Shown: positions 29,333 to 39,862 of the stretch, piece by piece
How the letters are laid out: each line of letters opens with the position of its first letter
Position numbering within the stretch: the stretch's first letter is position 1
From: a virus
Length of the DNA stretch: 64,000 nt
Direction: 5' to 3' (one strand)
Virus record (IMG/VR): IMGVR_UViG_3300020192_000008
Location: 43,273-107,272 of that record
The notes under the pieces: generated by a model
Databases searched by the model: none
Seen by the model: the letters and a program-made list of their open reading frames with translations, nothing else
Told to the model about the DNA's origin: nothing
Translations under genes and position numbers: made by a program

Positions 29333-29944
29333 ATGGCGGATGAGACACCACCTTGCTTTGGCAAGGAGTGGGATGGCAACAACTCAGAGTGCCGGGGCGG
29401 CTACGAGCACGGCTACATCAACCCTATCAACGGGTCGAACTCGAGAGATCAGTGCATCTTCTTCCGGTCTTGCGGGGCCCATACGCAGGCGGCCCGCGTG
29501 GGTCAGGCCCGCCTGGTTCCCACCCAGAACCTCGTGAGGCTGCCGCCGGCGGCGCCCTCGGCGCCGGTGCAGGCACCGATGCAGACGATGGCCACGCAGT
29601 TTGGCCAGGTGCAGCAACAGCAGCGTCCGCTGCCACCACAGGCGCCAGTGCCTCAGCCCGTTTACCAGCAGCAACAGCAGCCGATGGTGCAGCAGGTGCC
29701 TTACGGCTACCAGCAGATGCAGCCGGTGAACTACCAGATGCCCGGGTACCTGACGACGCCGCAGATGCAGCAACCGAACGAGTCCTTCGCTTCGATGCTG
29801 GCGAAGAACCTGATGCGTTCGATGGCCAAGGCTGCCGGGCACAGCTTCAGCCACGTCTTCGACGTCACGCCTTTGGGCGACATCTGGGGCGGCGGCAACA
29901 ACGGCAACAACCAGGGGGGACAGGGAAACCCCGGGGGGAAGTAG
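29333..29944 (+). CDS. Cys-containing N-terminal domain plus Q/P-rich low-complexity protein
   Basis: GAGGAG SD; CFG...C...C...C followed by a QP-rich region. Confidence 0.7.
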   Translation: MADETPPCFGKEWDGNNSECRGGYEHGYINPINGSNSRDQCIFFRSCGAHTQAARVGQARLVPTQNLVRLPPAAPSAPVQAPMQTMATQFGQVQQQQRPLPPQAPVPQPVYQQQQQPMVQQVPYGYQQMQPVNYQMPGYLTTPQMQQPNESFASMLAKNLMRSMAKAAGHSFSHVFDVTPLGDIWGGGNNGNNQGGQGNPGGK

Positions 29945-29976
29945 ACCTTCGCCACCCTCAAGGGTAGAGATCGACC

Positions 29977-31677
29977 ATGCGTCTTGTGAAGCGCGAGCCT
30001 GACAGGGGGTACCTGGATTCACACCTCTGGGTACCCAAGTCCCTCATCAACGTTGAGGGTACGAAGAACACCCTCTCGTTCAAGTTCGAGAACGAGAAGG
30101 GTGAGCGTTACGTCTTCCTCTATGAGGAGACAGAGCATCACCTCATTGTGCCGCGTGCCTTCTGGAAGCCCGGAGATCTTGAGTTCCCCGTCGTTGACTG
30201 CAGGCCGCTGAGCTACCCGCACATCGATGTAACAAGCAAGATCGTCCTGGACCTGAAGAACCCGGGCAAGACGCTGCAACGAGACGCGGTCAACGCCCTC
30301 CTCAAGGCTGAGGGGGGCGTGTTGCAGTTGGCCTGCGGTAAGGGAAAGACCGTATGTGCCCTTGAACTACTTGCCCTCATCAAGCAGCCGACGGTCATCG
30401 CCGTAGACAACAACCAACTACTCAGCCAATGGCTCGAAGAGATCCACAAGTGGCTCGTCGTACCAGGGGGCGTGGAAGTAGTAAGGGGGTCGAAGGGGGA
30501 CTGGAACAAGAGCATCATCCTCACGACGTACAAGACGCTGGGGGATATATCTGATTCTCTACCTCCCGAGATTCGGGCCCGCTTCGGTCTCTTCATCGGT
30601 GACGAGGGCCATCACATAGCAGCCCCCACGTACTCGAGAGCAGCGGGCTTGTTCTTCGGCAAGAGGATCGCCCTGACGGCCACGCCTGAGCGGGTAGACG
30701 GGATGCACGTCATCACCGACTTCCACATCGGCACCGTGCTCTACAAGGACCTCATCCAGGAGCTGCGACCGAGGATCTGCTTCGTCTGGACTGGCTTTCA
30801 AGTAGATCCGCTTGACCGCTCTGTGGCCAGCGAAGTCTGCGACATCAACGGAGAGTTGCACCTCTCCAAACTCGCTACCTTCTTCGGCAGGTGGAGAGAA
30901 CGGCTTGAGTTCCTCATCGGTGAGTTCAGGAAAGCTGAAGCCGTGGGCCGGCGCATCCTTGTGCTCTCGAACTCTATCGAGGAGCTTGTGGGTCTGCTTG
31001 CTCTATGGAACAAGGAGCCAGAGCTGTACTTCGAGAAGCCCAAGGTCACGCCGCAAGACGTGGGTGAGACGCTACCTCCTGTGGAAGTAGACGAGCGAAG
31101 GATTCGCCATCTCACGGGGAAGTACCACGAGCTGAAGAAGCTTCTGCAGAGCAATCTCAACCCTGCCAAGAAGCACCAGACACAGCTCATGTTCGATGGG
31201 GTCTCCAAGGAGCTCAAGCAGCACGAGGTCTGGAAGAAGGTCTCGGCTGAAGAGACGCGAAGGTTCAGGGTGTACATCGAAGGGGTGCTTAGCAAGCCCA
31301 GCAACGCCGGCGTGATGATGGGGTCGATGAAGCCCGACCAGCGGCAGCACGTTCTGAAGACGAAGCAGATCGTGTTCGCCATCACGAAGTACGGGCGAGA
31401 GGGGCTAGATAACCCAGATCTCGATACGGTCTTTACGTGCGAGCCGATGAGCCAACGGAACGGCTTGCAGCAGTTCATGGGTCGTGTTCTAAGGAACAAG
31501 GCGGGCAAGAAGTCTCCGCTGGTTGTGATCTTCGAGGACGACATCGGCCCCATGAAGGGCATGTGCGAGAACCTCCGTCGACACCTACGTACATGGCCGG
31601 TAGAAGAGGGGGGGCCGTATGAGTTTGAGTTCGTCGGTCACCCAAAGAAAGGGATCAAGAAACCATGGCTGATCTGA
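29977..31677 (+). CDS. Superfamily 2 DNA helicase (UvsW/XPB-like)
   Basis: LACGKGKT, DEGHH, LTATPER, REGLD, QFMGRVLR. Confidence 0.88.
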   Translation: MRLVKREPDRGYLDSHLWVPKSLINVEGTKNTLSFKFENEKGERYVFLYEETEHHLIVPRAFWKPGDLEFPVVDCRPLSYPHIDVTSKIVLDLKNPGKTLQRDAVNALLKAEGGVLQLACGKGKTVCALELLALIKQPTVIAVDNNQLLSQWLEEIHKWLVVPGGVEVVRGSKGDWNKSIILTTYKTLGDISDSLPPEIRARFGLFIGDEGHHIAAPTYSRAAGLFFGKRIALTATPERVDGMHVITDFHIGTVLYKDLIQELRPRICFVWTGFQVDPLDRSVASEVCDINGELHLSKLATFFGRWRERLEFLIGEFRKAEAVGRRILVLSNSIEELVGLLALWNKEPELYFEKPKVTPQDVGETLPPVEVDERRIRHLTGKYHELKKLLQSNLNPAKKHQTQLMFDGVSKELKQHEVWKKVSAEETRRFRVYIEGVLSKPSNAGVMMGSMKPDQRQHVLKTKQIVFAITKYGREGLDNPDLDTVFTCEPMSQRNGLQQFMGRVLRNKAGKKSPLVVIFEDDIGPMKGMCENLRRHLRTWPVEEGGPYEFEFVGHPKKGIKKPWLI

Positions 31678-32075
31678 TTCAGTTGCCCAAGGCAGCACAA
31701 GGCAAAGAGTCCGTGAACATCGACCAGTGGTGCATCGCCACCAACGGGCCCACGAAGTTCTTGGCCTGGTTCGACTGCTCCAAGGAGATGCTGCTGGAGC
31801 TCATCAAGGAAGGGGAGGTCGTGGTCTTCAACCTCGCTTTCGACTTCATGTCGCCGCTGCGGATGGCTGGTCCTGGCCGGTACGCTCGCGACCCCGTGGT
31901 GATGCCGTACGACTTCACCTCTGCTCCTACGAACATCTACATGCTCGTGCAGACGATCGCGTTCTGCGTGGACATGCAAAAGGAGGACAAGAAGACGTAT
32001 AAGGAGATCGTCGAGCAGACCCTAGAACTGACTCGCCGCATGAAGCTGCAGCAGGAGTCGGGCATCCAGCTCTGA
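31665..32075 (+). CDS. Hypothetical protein
   Basis: 136-aa ORF within the operon. Confidence 0.65.
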   Translation: MADLIQLPKAAQGKESVNIDQWCIATNGPTKFLAWFDCSKEMLLELIKEGEVVVFNLAFDFMSPLRMAGPGRYARDPVVMPYDFTSAPTNIYMLVQTIAFCVDMQKEDKKTYKEIVEQTLELTRRMKLQQESGIQL

Positions 32076-32083
32076 GGTCAAAC

Positions 32084-32944
32084 ATGGTGGACTTCCGCAA
32101 GACGCTCCCCGTCCTTCAAGAGGAATGGGAAGACTGCACGAAGTGCTTCCTTGGAGAGAGACGAGCCGCCATGCGTGGCTCGTTTGTCTTTGGGGAGGGC
32201 TACAACAGGGGCATCCTTTTCCTTGGAGAAGGCCCTGGACGAGAAGAAGAACGAGAAGGCAGGCCCTTCGTGGGACCTGGCGGGGTACTGCTCCGGGCAG
32301 TCTTGGAGAAGTACAACTTCGACAACTGCTTCTTCACCGACATCGTTGCCTGCCGGTCCTGCGAACCGATGCTCGATGCTGACGGCAAGCAGGTGATGGG
32401 CAAGAGCTGGAAGGGCAAGCCTCCTGAGCCCGAGTTCAGGGACAAGCTGCCGATACCGACGGAGATCGAGGCCTGTAATCCCAGGCTATTCGAGACGATC
32501 TATCTCGCAGACCCCATCGTCATCGTTCCTCTCGGTCCTGTTGCAGCTCAGGCGTTGCTTGGCAGGCCGGTGCAGATGGGTGAGCGGGGCAAGCCCGCTG
32601 TTCTTCGCCTCCCCGGGGCGACGTACCGAGCTGAGCTCACAGAGAAGAAGAACCAGTGGCTACGGCGCACAGGCGAAGGTATGCGGCAGCCGGTCAGTCA
32701 GAACTTGGTCGAGTACCTTGTTCTGCCGACCTACCCCACCTACTTCGTTCTGCGCAAGGAAGGAGACTCAGGCAAGGGCAGTCCGATGCACCTGTTCGTC
32801 TCCGACATCAAGCTCGCCATCGCTCTCTTCAACCGGTACCAGAACGATGCTCTGGGTGTACCGATGACCGCACAAGAAGTACAGACGTCATCCGACGAGG
32901 CAGAAGAGTTTGCCAAGGGGTACATCTATGAAAACCAAGACTGA
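32084..32944 (+). CDS. Uracil-DNA glycosylase family 4-like protein
   Basis: CTKCFL, GEGPGREEEREGRPFVGPGG, VACR, EIEAC, LGPVA. Confidence 0.85.
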   Translation: MVDFRKTLPVLQEEWEDCTKCFLGERRAAMRGSFVFGEGYNRGILFLGEGPGREEEREGRPFVGPGGVLLRAVLEKYNFDNCFFTDIVACRSCEPMLDADGKQVMGKSWKGKPPEPEFRDKLPIPTEIEACNPRLFETIYLADPIVIVPLGPVAAQALLGRPVQMGERGKPAVLRLPGATYRAELTEKKNQWLRRTGEGMRQPVSQNLVEYLVLPTYPTYFVLRKEGDSGKGSPMHLFVSDIKLAIALFNRYQNDALGVPMTAQEVQTSSDEAEEFAKGYIYENQD

Positions 32945-33350
32945 AGAAGTCCCGCACGAAGTGAAAGAGTTCCTTGAGGCTCAGGACCGCATCATCCGCT
33001 ACCGGGAGGCTCACCCCGATGTCTTCGAGACGTACGAGGAGCTTGCCTCCACGTACAACGACAAGCTCGAGGCAGCTGACAAGGTCGTCCGGGGCGGGGC
33101 GCTGAGCGTGGGGCCCTTCGAGAAGTACCAGGTCCAGAACAGCTACGACGCCGACAAGCTGTTCGAGGAAGTGGGTATGGAGAAGTTCCTGGCCATGGGT
33201 GGCACCATCAAGACGAAGGCTGTCTACGAGGTGGACCCCAACCGCCTCAAGGCCGCCATTGCTCAGGGCACTGTGCCAGCTGACGTGGTGAAGAAGGTGC
33301 ACAAGGAGACACCGAAGTACCACAAGCCACAGAAGCTGGTGGTCAGGTGA
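32928..33350 (+). CDS. Hypothetical protein
   Basis: MKTKTEEVP..., 140 aa, GTGA-coupled to the next gene. Confidence 0.65.
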   Translation: MKTKTEEVPHEVKEFLEAQDRIIRYREAHPDVFETYEELASTYNDKLEAADKVVRGGALSVGPFEKYQVQNSYDADKLFEEVGMEKFLAMGGTIKTKAVYEVDPNRLKAAIAQGTVPADVVKKVHKETPKYHKPQKLVVR

Positions 33351-33670
33351 GGACGGCGAAGTTCAACGCGCTCTCCGTCAAGGAGCTTTCTGCCAACTTC
33401 ATCAGCTCTGACCCAGCGCTTGAGGGCAAAGCAGCCTTCGTCAGCACGCTGACGCAGAAGACGCATGGTCAGACCATTGGCAAGGTCTGGAGCAAGGACA
33501 CCCTCGACTTGCTCACCCAGCTCAAGGCCTCGATGGAAGCAGACCTCGAGACGGTTCACTTCGCTGACGGGCCGACCAGTTCTTCCATCAACCAGCAACC
33601 TCGTCAGATCGACGAGGCTTTTGAGGGTGGGGGCATAGGCGAACACATCGGTGGTGAACGTCAAGTGTTA
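33347..33670 (+). CDS. Hypothetical protein
   Basis: In-frame TTA at 33668-33670, shortly before the standard TGA at 33680-33682. Confidence 0.6.
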
Positions 33671-33724
33671 CCCCGATGTTGACAGCTTGAGGTGGCTCTT
33701 GCAGCGTTGCATCCACCTACCCAG

Positions 33725-33753
33725 GAAGCCAGGCCCTACCCGCCTGGCTTTTC
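33725..33753 (+). terminator. Intrinsic terminator-like hairpin
   Basis: AAGCCAGGC-CCTACCC-GCCTGGCTT TTC. Confidence 0.6.
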
Positions 33754-33775
33754 GTTACCCGCGCTCGGAGGATGA

Positions 33776-35158
33776 ATGGCTAGCAGCGAGCACCAGCTCA
33801 TTTCCCTGATCATGAAGACAGGGGATTTGAAGACAGTACTCGAGTGGGGGATCACCGAAGACGATCTCCTGATGAACGACACGAACTCGGCGTTCAAGAT
33901 CTTGATGTCGGTGTACACGAGCCCCGATTCAAGGGGCGCTGTACTTGGGCCGTCATCAGCACTTGAGAGGTACCTGCCCGCGTGGCAGTTCGAGGTTGAT
34001 GCGGGCATGACGCTCAACTTCCTTTGCAGCGAGGTGCGCAAGCGCAGGCTGTCGAAGGAGCTGAAACTCAAGGCACAGGCCTGCATCGAGTACGCAGACC
34101 TCAACCCTGAGGAGGCATTCAACCAGTTGAACGAGGCAGTGACCCTCTACCGCAACATCGATGCCGGCAAGTCAACAGACGTTGACCTGGCAACGGGCAT
34201 GAAGAAGGTCATCGCGAAGTACAACAAGGCCAAGAACGGGCAGAGCATCGGCCGGTTCATGTGGCCTTGGAAGCCTCTGCAAGAGGCTACTGGTGGTGTG
34301 GCTGACGATGAGTTCGCCGTCTTCTACGGCAGGCCCAAGAGCATGAAGTCTTGGATCTTGATGTACCTCATCACCTTCGCCTTCGAGATGAACCAGAAGG
34401 TTCTCTTCTACACCAAGGAGATGACCGACGAGCAGTGCTACCAGCGGATGGCCGCCATCATGGTCGGCGCTCTCTACCAGGACCTGCGCCTGGGCAAGCT
34501 GCCTGCCTTCCAGGAAGAGCAGCTGCACGTCATCCAGCAGGTGGCCGAGGAGATGGCCTCGAAGAACAGGATGATCTGCCTCACGGCCAAGGACGTCGCT
34601 GGCAGGGACACCCCCAGCTGGCTGCGAGGCAAGATCGAGAAGTACCACCCCGACGTTGTCTTCGTCGACGGTCTGTACCTGATGAGCCCCGAGGCTCGCC
34701 GTAAGACGATGCAAGACCACGAGCGTGTTCGGGAGATCTCCCGTGACGTTCGACGCATCGTTCTCGAAGAGAAGGTCCCGCTGATGGCCACCATGCAGGC
34801 CAACCGGCAGGCAGCGAAGCACTCTGAAGGCAACCTTGATGAGATCGCCTTCTCTGACTCGCTCTCGCAAGACTGCACCATGGCTTGCCGGGTGATGTCC
34901 GACAAGCACCAGCCCACCATCAGCCTCGTGATGGCCGGCTCTCGTGAGTGGACGCTCGACGGGTTCCGGGTGCACGGCATCCCAGCGAGCAACTTCAGCT
35001 TCCACTCGGTTCTGACCAGCAAGGAGATCGAACAGGTCAGGAAGAACGACGAAGAGGAGGACGAGCCGAAGGACAAGAAGCCCGTACGTCAGCCCCGCAC
35101 GTTGGGGGCAGAGAAGCCTGCTCCCAACTACAAGAAGACGCTCGAGAACATGCCGTTA
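33776..35158 (+). CDS. dnaB: DnaB-like replicative helicase (460 aa if TTA is stop)
   Basis: GRPKSMKS (Walker A), VFVDGLYLM, QANR, SDSLSQD. TTA 35156-35158 overlaps the primase ATG; standard stop is at 35266. Confidence 0.85.
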
Positions 35159-36126
35159 TGGACAGGCACTCGGAGGTACTTGCTATCGCACAGAAGTACC
35201 TTCACAAGGTCAAGAAGAGCGGGCCAGACAACGTCATGGCGTTCTGCCCCTTCCACGACAACGTGAACACCCCGGCGTTCACGATGTCGTTGACCAAGGG
35301 CATCTGGTTCTGTTTCTCATGCCACGCCAAGGGAACACTCAAGATGTTCCTCAAGGCGATGGGCATAGGCGAGGGTCTTGTTCAGACGCACTACGGCTCG
35401 CTCATCGACGCCCTACGCAAGAACGTAGACCCGGCCTTTGATCCCAACAAGCCTGGGGTCATCTGCCAAGAGCCTCTCGACGAAGCCATCCTCGGGTTCT
35501 TTCACGAGTGCCCGATGGATCTAATCAACGAGGGCTTCACCGAGGAAACCCTGCTCCACTTTGGGGTGGGGTTCGACAAGAAGCACAACCGCATCACGTA
35601 CCCCATCCGAGACTTCACGGGGAACCTGGTCGGCATCAGCGGGCGCACTGTTACAGGTGCCTACCCGAAGTACAAGGTCTACGACCTGGAGTACAAGGAC
35701 TTCGGTCTGGGCGTCTACCACACCGACAAGTCTCGGTACCTCTGGAACTCGAGCGAGGTCTACCCTCAAGTCTACTTCTCAAGGGGCGAGAAGGTCGTGC
35801 TCGTTGAGGGCTTCAAGGCCTGCATGTGGGCCTGGCAAGCGGGTATAAAGAATGTGCTAGCCCTTCTAGGCTCATCAATGTCAGCCCAACAGAAGTGGGT
35901 GCTTGAGCGTCTAGGCGCACCGGTGTACCTCTGGCTAGACAACGACGACGCCGGCCGTAATGGCACGAAGAAGATTGGCGATGATCTGTCCAAGTCCTTG
36001 GACGTGTTTGTCATCGGCTACGAAGAAGCGCAACCGAGTGATCTCGCCCTTGAAGATGTCCAGAGTAAAGTCGCCTCCGCGACGGACTATCACCTGTGGG
36101 CAGTAAGAAAGTACCTGAAAGGTTTA
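35158..36126 (+). CDS. dnaG: DNA primase (CHC2 zinc finger + Toprim)
   Basis: CPFHD...CFSC, GISGR, VEGF, LDNDDAG. Ends GGT TTA TGA, with TTATG overlap to the next gene. Confidence 0.9.
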
Positions 36127-37283
36127 TGAACATGGGCTCCTACGGCAAGACTGATATGAAGAACGCCCCGACCACCTTCCGCCAGTCGGTGGCCAGCCAG
36201 CAGAAACAGAAGCCCGAGAAGACTGGTGCTGGCGGGGGGAACGTCCCCTACTTCGTCAACCAGTTCAAACCCTCGACGGAAGAGCCAGACGTGGTGCGCC
36301 TCCTCAAGGGGGAGTACCCGGTCCAGCTGGCTGGGCAGAACGGTGAGCTGGTCGAGCAGACGCTCGCCTACTACATCTACCGCGAGCACTTCGATGGCCG
36401 TACCAACAAGAGCGCCATCTGCTCAGCGGGACCGTTCGCGATGGACCGCAAGAAGCGCCAGCCCTGCGATGGCTGCGACATCTACTGGGAGGAGCGGTCT
36501 GCGGGCAAGAAGCAGAACAACCGCATGTCCAACCGGGAGATGTACGTCTTCTCGATGCTTCATCACGCCAACTACGTGAAGACCGAGCAGCTCGACCGCA
36601 ACACCGGCGCCGTGAAGGTGAACGATGACGGCCAGCCGTACATGAACTGGGTACGGATGATGGCCCACGAGCGTGGGAAGTTCGCTGGCAAGGAGATGAA
36701 GGACGCCAACGCCCTTCACTGGGCCATGGGCTTCAACCACTTCAACGTCATCCGCGAGTACGACAAGCAGATCGGCAAGTCGTGCAGGGCGTGTGGTGTG
36801 AAGGCTGGGCGCAAGGGCGCTCACGAGGTCGGGGTCAAGAGCGAGGCGTGGTGTTGCCAGGGCTGCGGGGAGGCGCTCATCGAGGTCGACTCAACGGAGC
36901 TGGCGCCCAAGCAGATCGACGAGATCACGTCTGACGTGGTCGAGTGCGCTGTGTGCAAGCGTGTCGGCTACCTGCAGGAGATGGTGTCCTGCACCGAGTG
37001 CTCGGATGGAACGCGCTCGGAGATCTTCGACGTGGACCTGGAGGTTCAGCGGGTGAAGCCTGCTGATGGTGGCAACCAGACGGTGCTGGCCATTGTGGGC
37101 TGGGCGAACCCGCACCCCATCGACCCTCGGCATGTGGAGATTGCCAGGCCGCTGGAGCTGCCGAAGATCTACGCGCCTACCCCGCTCGAGCGTCAGCACG
37201 AGCTCTTCGGTAGCTCGGGGAGGCAGCCGGTCACCGCTGGCAGCAAGCCCTACGGCGGGCCTCCGACTCTCGGCGGCAAGTTA
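36126..37283 (+). CDS. Putative single-stranded DNA-binding protein with Zn ribbons
   Basis: Between primase and polymerase; EHF...C...CDGC plus several CxxC motifs. TTA 37281-37283 lies just before a terminator. Confidence 0.55.
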
Positions 37284-37285
37284 GC

Positions 37286-37326
37286 AAAAAGGGGGAGCGG
37301 GTGATGAGCCCGCTCCCCCTTTCTCT
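37286..37326 (+). terminator. Intrinsic terminator
   Basis: AAAGGGGGAGCGGG-TGATGAG-CCCGCTCCCCCTTT CTCT. Confidence 0.8.
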
Positions 37327-37358
37327 ATCTACCCTACCGCCTACCCGGAGCGCCCTAC

Positions 37359-39752
37359 ATGGCCTGGAAAGTCGATATCCCAGACGCAGAGTTTTACACC
37401 CTCCAAGACCCCCGTCTAGAGGCAATCGTTCGAGAGGTCTGCGATCAGAAGATCGTTGCCATCGACACCGAGACCACGGGTCTCATCATCTGGCGAGACA
37501 TGCCCCTGTTCTGGTCCCTCTCTTGGGGACGCCGGCGCATCTGCATGCCCGCTGACACGCTGCACAGGTTCATGTCGGCCTTCGAGGATTACGACAAGAC
37601 CTGGGTCTTCGCCAACGCGAAGTACGACATGCACATCCTGGCTAACGTCGGCATCACCCTCAAGGGGAAGATCGTCGACACCCAGGTGATGCACTGCTTG
37701 CTCTACGAGGAGCAGCCACACCGACTCGACTACATGGGCAAGCAGCTCCTGGGTTGGGAGTGGAAGGACATGTTCGATGGCTGGGACAAGCGCAAGCAGC
37801 CCAACATCGGCGACTTCATCATGGACCTGTACCGCAACGATCCACGCAAGCTCATCGAGTACGCGTCGAACGATGCCTACGGCACCATGCAGATATACGA
37901 CAAGCTCAAGGTGGAGCTCGAAGAGTCGTGGGTCTACAGCCTCTACCCCGAGCACTACAAGACGCTCTGGGACATCTTCATCAAGACCGAGGCGCCGTTT
38001 ACCAAGGTCCTGTGGAAGTGCGAGAGGGCAGGCATCTACGTAGACAAGGAGTTCCTCCTCACTCTCGAAGGGCCCGTGGCTAGGGAGATCAACGACCTGA
38101 AGAAGGAGCTGAACGCGCTCTACCAGGCGTATCAGCCGGGCGTCCTGTTCAACCCGAACAGCACCCTGCAGAAGCGCGACTGGTTCTTCAACTTCGAGGG
38201 TCTCAAGGCCGTGAAGCTGGGCAAGGCTGGGGCGAAGACGGGGGTACGCAACCCTTCATGCGACGCCGAGTTCCTTGACCACTACAAGGGCGAATCGAAG
38301 ATGGCCAAGCTCCTCCTGAGGTTTGCCGAGCTCGACAAGCTGCACGGTACCTACCTGGTGGGCCTTCGAGAGTCAGACTCGATCGATAGCCAGGGCTTCA
38401 TCCACACCCGGTACAACCAGGACGTGGCTCGTACAGGACGCCTGTCCTGCGTAGCCGGCTGGACGCCCGTTCGGACCACCCGTGGTGCCGTTGCCATGGA
38501 GAATATTCGACCGGGCGATTCTGTCTGGACCCACAAGGGGCGTTGGCAGCAGGTGACGGCGTTCCTTCCGCAGGGAGAAAGGCACGTTTACGACGTTAGG
38601 CTTAGCAACGGGTATGTTTTGACGTGCACAACCGACCACAGGCTGCTGCTCTCCGATGGGTGCACGTGGGCCACGATTGAGGAGGTGACTGATGGCGTTC
38701 TCGAAGACCTGGACCAGCAACCCGAAGAACAACGCGCTCGACAACCTCGCGGTTGTGACGCGGCAGGGCCACAAGACCGTTCACTTCTTGCAGGTGAAGG
38801 ACACGGGCTCGTTGTCGTTGAAGCGATCGACTATCGCGGCGTGCTTGAGGTCTACGACATCAGCGTAGACGGGGACGAGAGCTACGAAGCCTGCGGAGTA
38901 TTCGCGCACAACTGCTCTGACCCGAACCTGCAGAACATGCCGAACCCTGAGCGGGACAAGTTCAAGACCCGCAAAGCGTTCCGCCCCAAGCCCAGCACGA
39001 AGCGCAAGCTGATTGCCGCCGACTATGACCAGCTCGAGATGCGTCTTCTGGCTTGCGCTGCGATGGAGCCACCCATGATCGACATCTTCCTCCAGGGGAA
39101 AGACATCCACATAGGCAACGCTTCACTCGTCTTCGGACTGCCCTATGACGATATCAAGGCAGCGAAGGATAAGGAGAAGAACGAACTCAACGACTACGAT
39201 CACACGTGCCTTCTTGCACGGCAGAACGTCAAGGCCATTGGTTACGGGCTCAACTACGGAATGAAGGAGTTCAAACTCGCTTCGGATCTGGGAATCCGTG
39301 TTGAGGAAGCCAAGGCCCTCATGGACAAGTATATGTCGGCTTATCCGGCTGTCGAGAGGTTCTTCGCAGAAGCTGTCGATAATGCTCGGATCACCGGGTA
39401 CTCGTTCACCGTCATGGGGCGGAGGAGGTTCTTGCCGGAGATCATCTCCAGGAGAAACCAAGAGAGGAGCAAGGCAGAACGACAAGCGGGCAACTTTGAG
39501 ATCCAAGGGTCAGCCGCTGACGTTGTACGCATGGCGATGATCCTTCTGGATGACGCCCAGCTAGACAAGAGGTTCGACTGCATCATGCGCCTTCAGGTGC
39601 ACGACGAGTTGGTCTTCGACTGCCCTGAAGAGACGCTCACTCCTGCGATGGGGGAGATCGTCGAGTGGATGGAGCATGCGCTTCACACCGACCTGCCGGT
39701 GCCCTTGAAGGTCTCGGCCAAGGCTGCCGACAACTGGGCGGACGCACACTGA
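37359..39752 (+). CDS. polA: Family A DNA polymerase with 3'-5' exonuclease and mini-intein
   Basis: DTETTG, NAKYD, YASND, TGRLS..DPNLQN, ADYDQLEMR, KAIGYGLNYG, IQGSAAD, VHDEL. Confidence 0.95.
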   Translation: MAWKVDIPDAEFYTLQDPRLEAIVREVCDQKIVAIDTETTGLIIWRDMPLFWSLSWGRRRICMPADTLHRFMSAFEDYDKTWVFANAKYDMHILANVGITLKGKIVDTQVMHCLLYEEQPHRLDYMGKQLLGWEWKDMFDGWDKRKQPNIGDFIMDLYRNDPRKLIEYASNDAYGTMQIYDKLKVELEESWVYSLYPEHYKTLWDIFIKTEAPFTKVLWKCERAGIYVDKEFLLTLEGPVAREINDLKKELNALYQAYQPGVLFNPNSTLQKRDWFFNFEGLKAVKLGKAGAKTGVRNPSCDAEFLDHYKGESKMAKLLLRFAELDKLHGTYLVGLRESDSIDSQGFIHTRYNQDVARTGRLSCVAGWTPVRTTRGAVAMENIRPGDSVWTHKGRWQQVTAFLPQGERHVYDVRLSNGYVLTCTTDHRLLLSDGCTWATIEEVTDGVLEDLDQQPEEQRARQPRGCDAAGPQDRSLLAGEGHGLVVVEAIDYRGVLEVYDISVDGDESYEACGVFAHNCSDPNLQNMPNPERDKFKTRKAFRPKPSTKRKLIAADYDQLEMRLLACAAMEPPMIDIFLQGKDIHIGNASLVFGLPYDDIKAAKDKEKNELNDYDHTCLLARQNVKAIGYGLNYGMKEFKLASDLGIRVEEAKALMDKYMSAYPAVERFFAEAVDNARITGYSFTVMGRRRFLPEIISRRNQERSKAERQAGNFEIQGSAADVVRMAMILLDDAQLDKRFDCIMRLQVHDELVFDCPEETLTPAMGEIVEWMEHALHTDLPVPLKVSAKAADNWADAH
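38448..38912 (+). mobile_element. Mini-intein (155 aa) in PolA
   Basis: TGRLS|CVAGWTPVRT...CTTDHRLL...VYDISV...FAHN|CSDPNLQN. Confidence 0.92.
38692..38868 (+). pseudogene. Out-of-frame, internally deleted HNH endonuclease remnant nested in the intein
   Basis: +1 frame; GAGGAGGT SD at 38679-38686; MAFSKTWTSNPKNNALDNLAVVTRQGHKTVH... Confidence 0.6.
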
Positions 39753-39862
39753 TGGCCAAGAAGAAGAGGAAGCATATGTATGGCCTTCCTGCGGGTTCAA
39801 CAGTAACGAAGGAGCAGTGGGAGAGCGCTCTCCAGAAACACCGAACCTCAAAGGACGAGTAG
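39752..39862 (+). CDS. Small basic protein
   Basis: TGATG-coupled to polA and abuts the HU gene. Confidence 0.5.
   Translation: MAKKKRKHMYGLPAGSTVTKEQWESALQKHRTSKDE

Noticed and set aside
29923-29967. Slippery G GGA AAC at the end of ORF 29333-29944; its -1 frame is the helicase frame
   Set aside because: A TAG at 29965-29967 closes the -1 frame before the helicase ATG, so no fusion results, and I saw no convincing stimulator.
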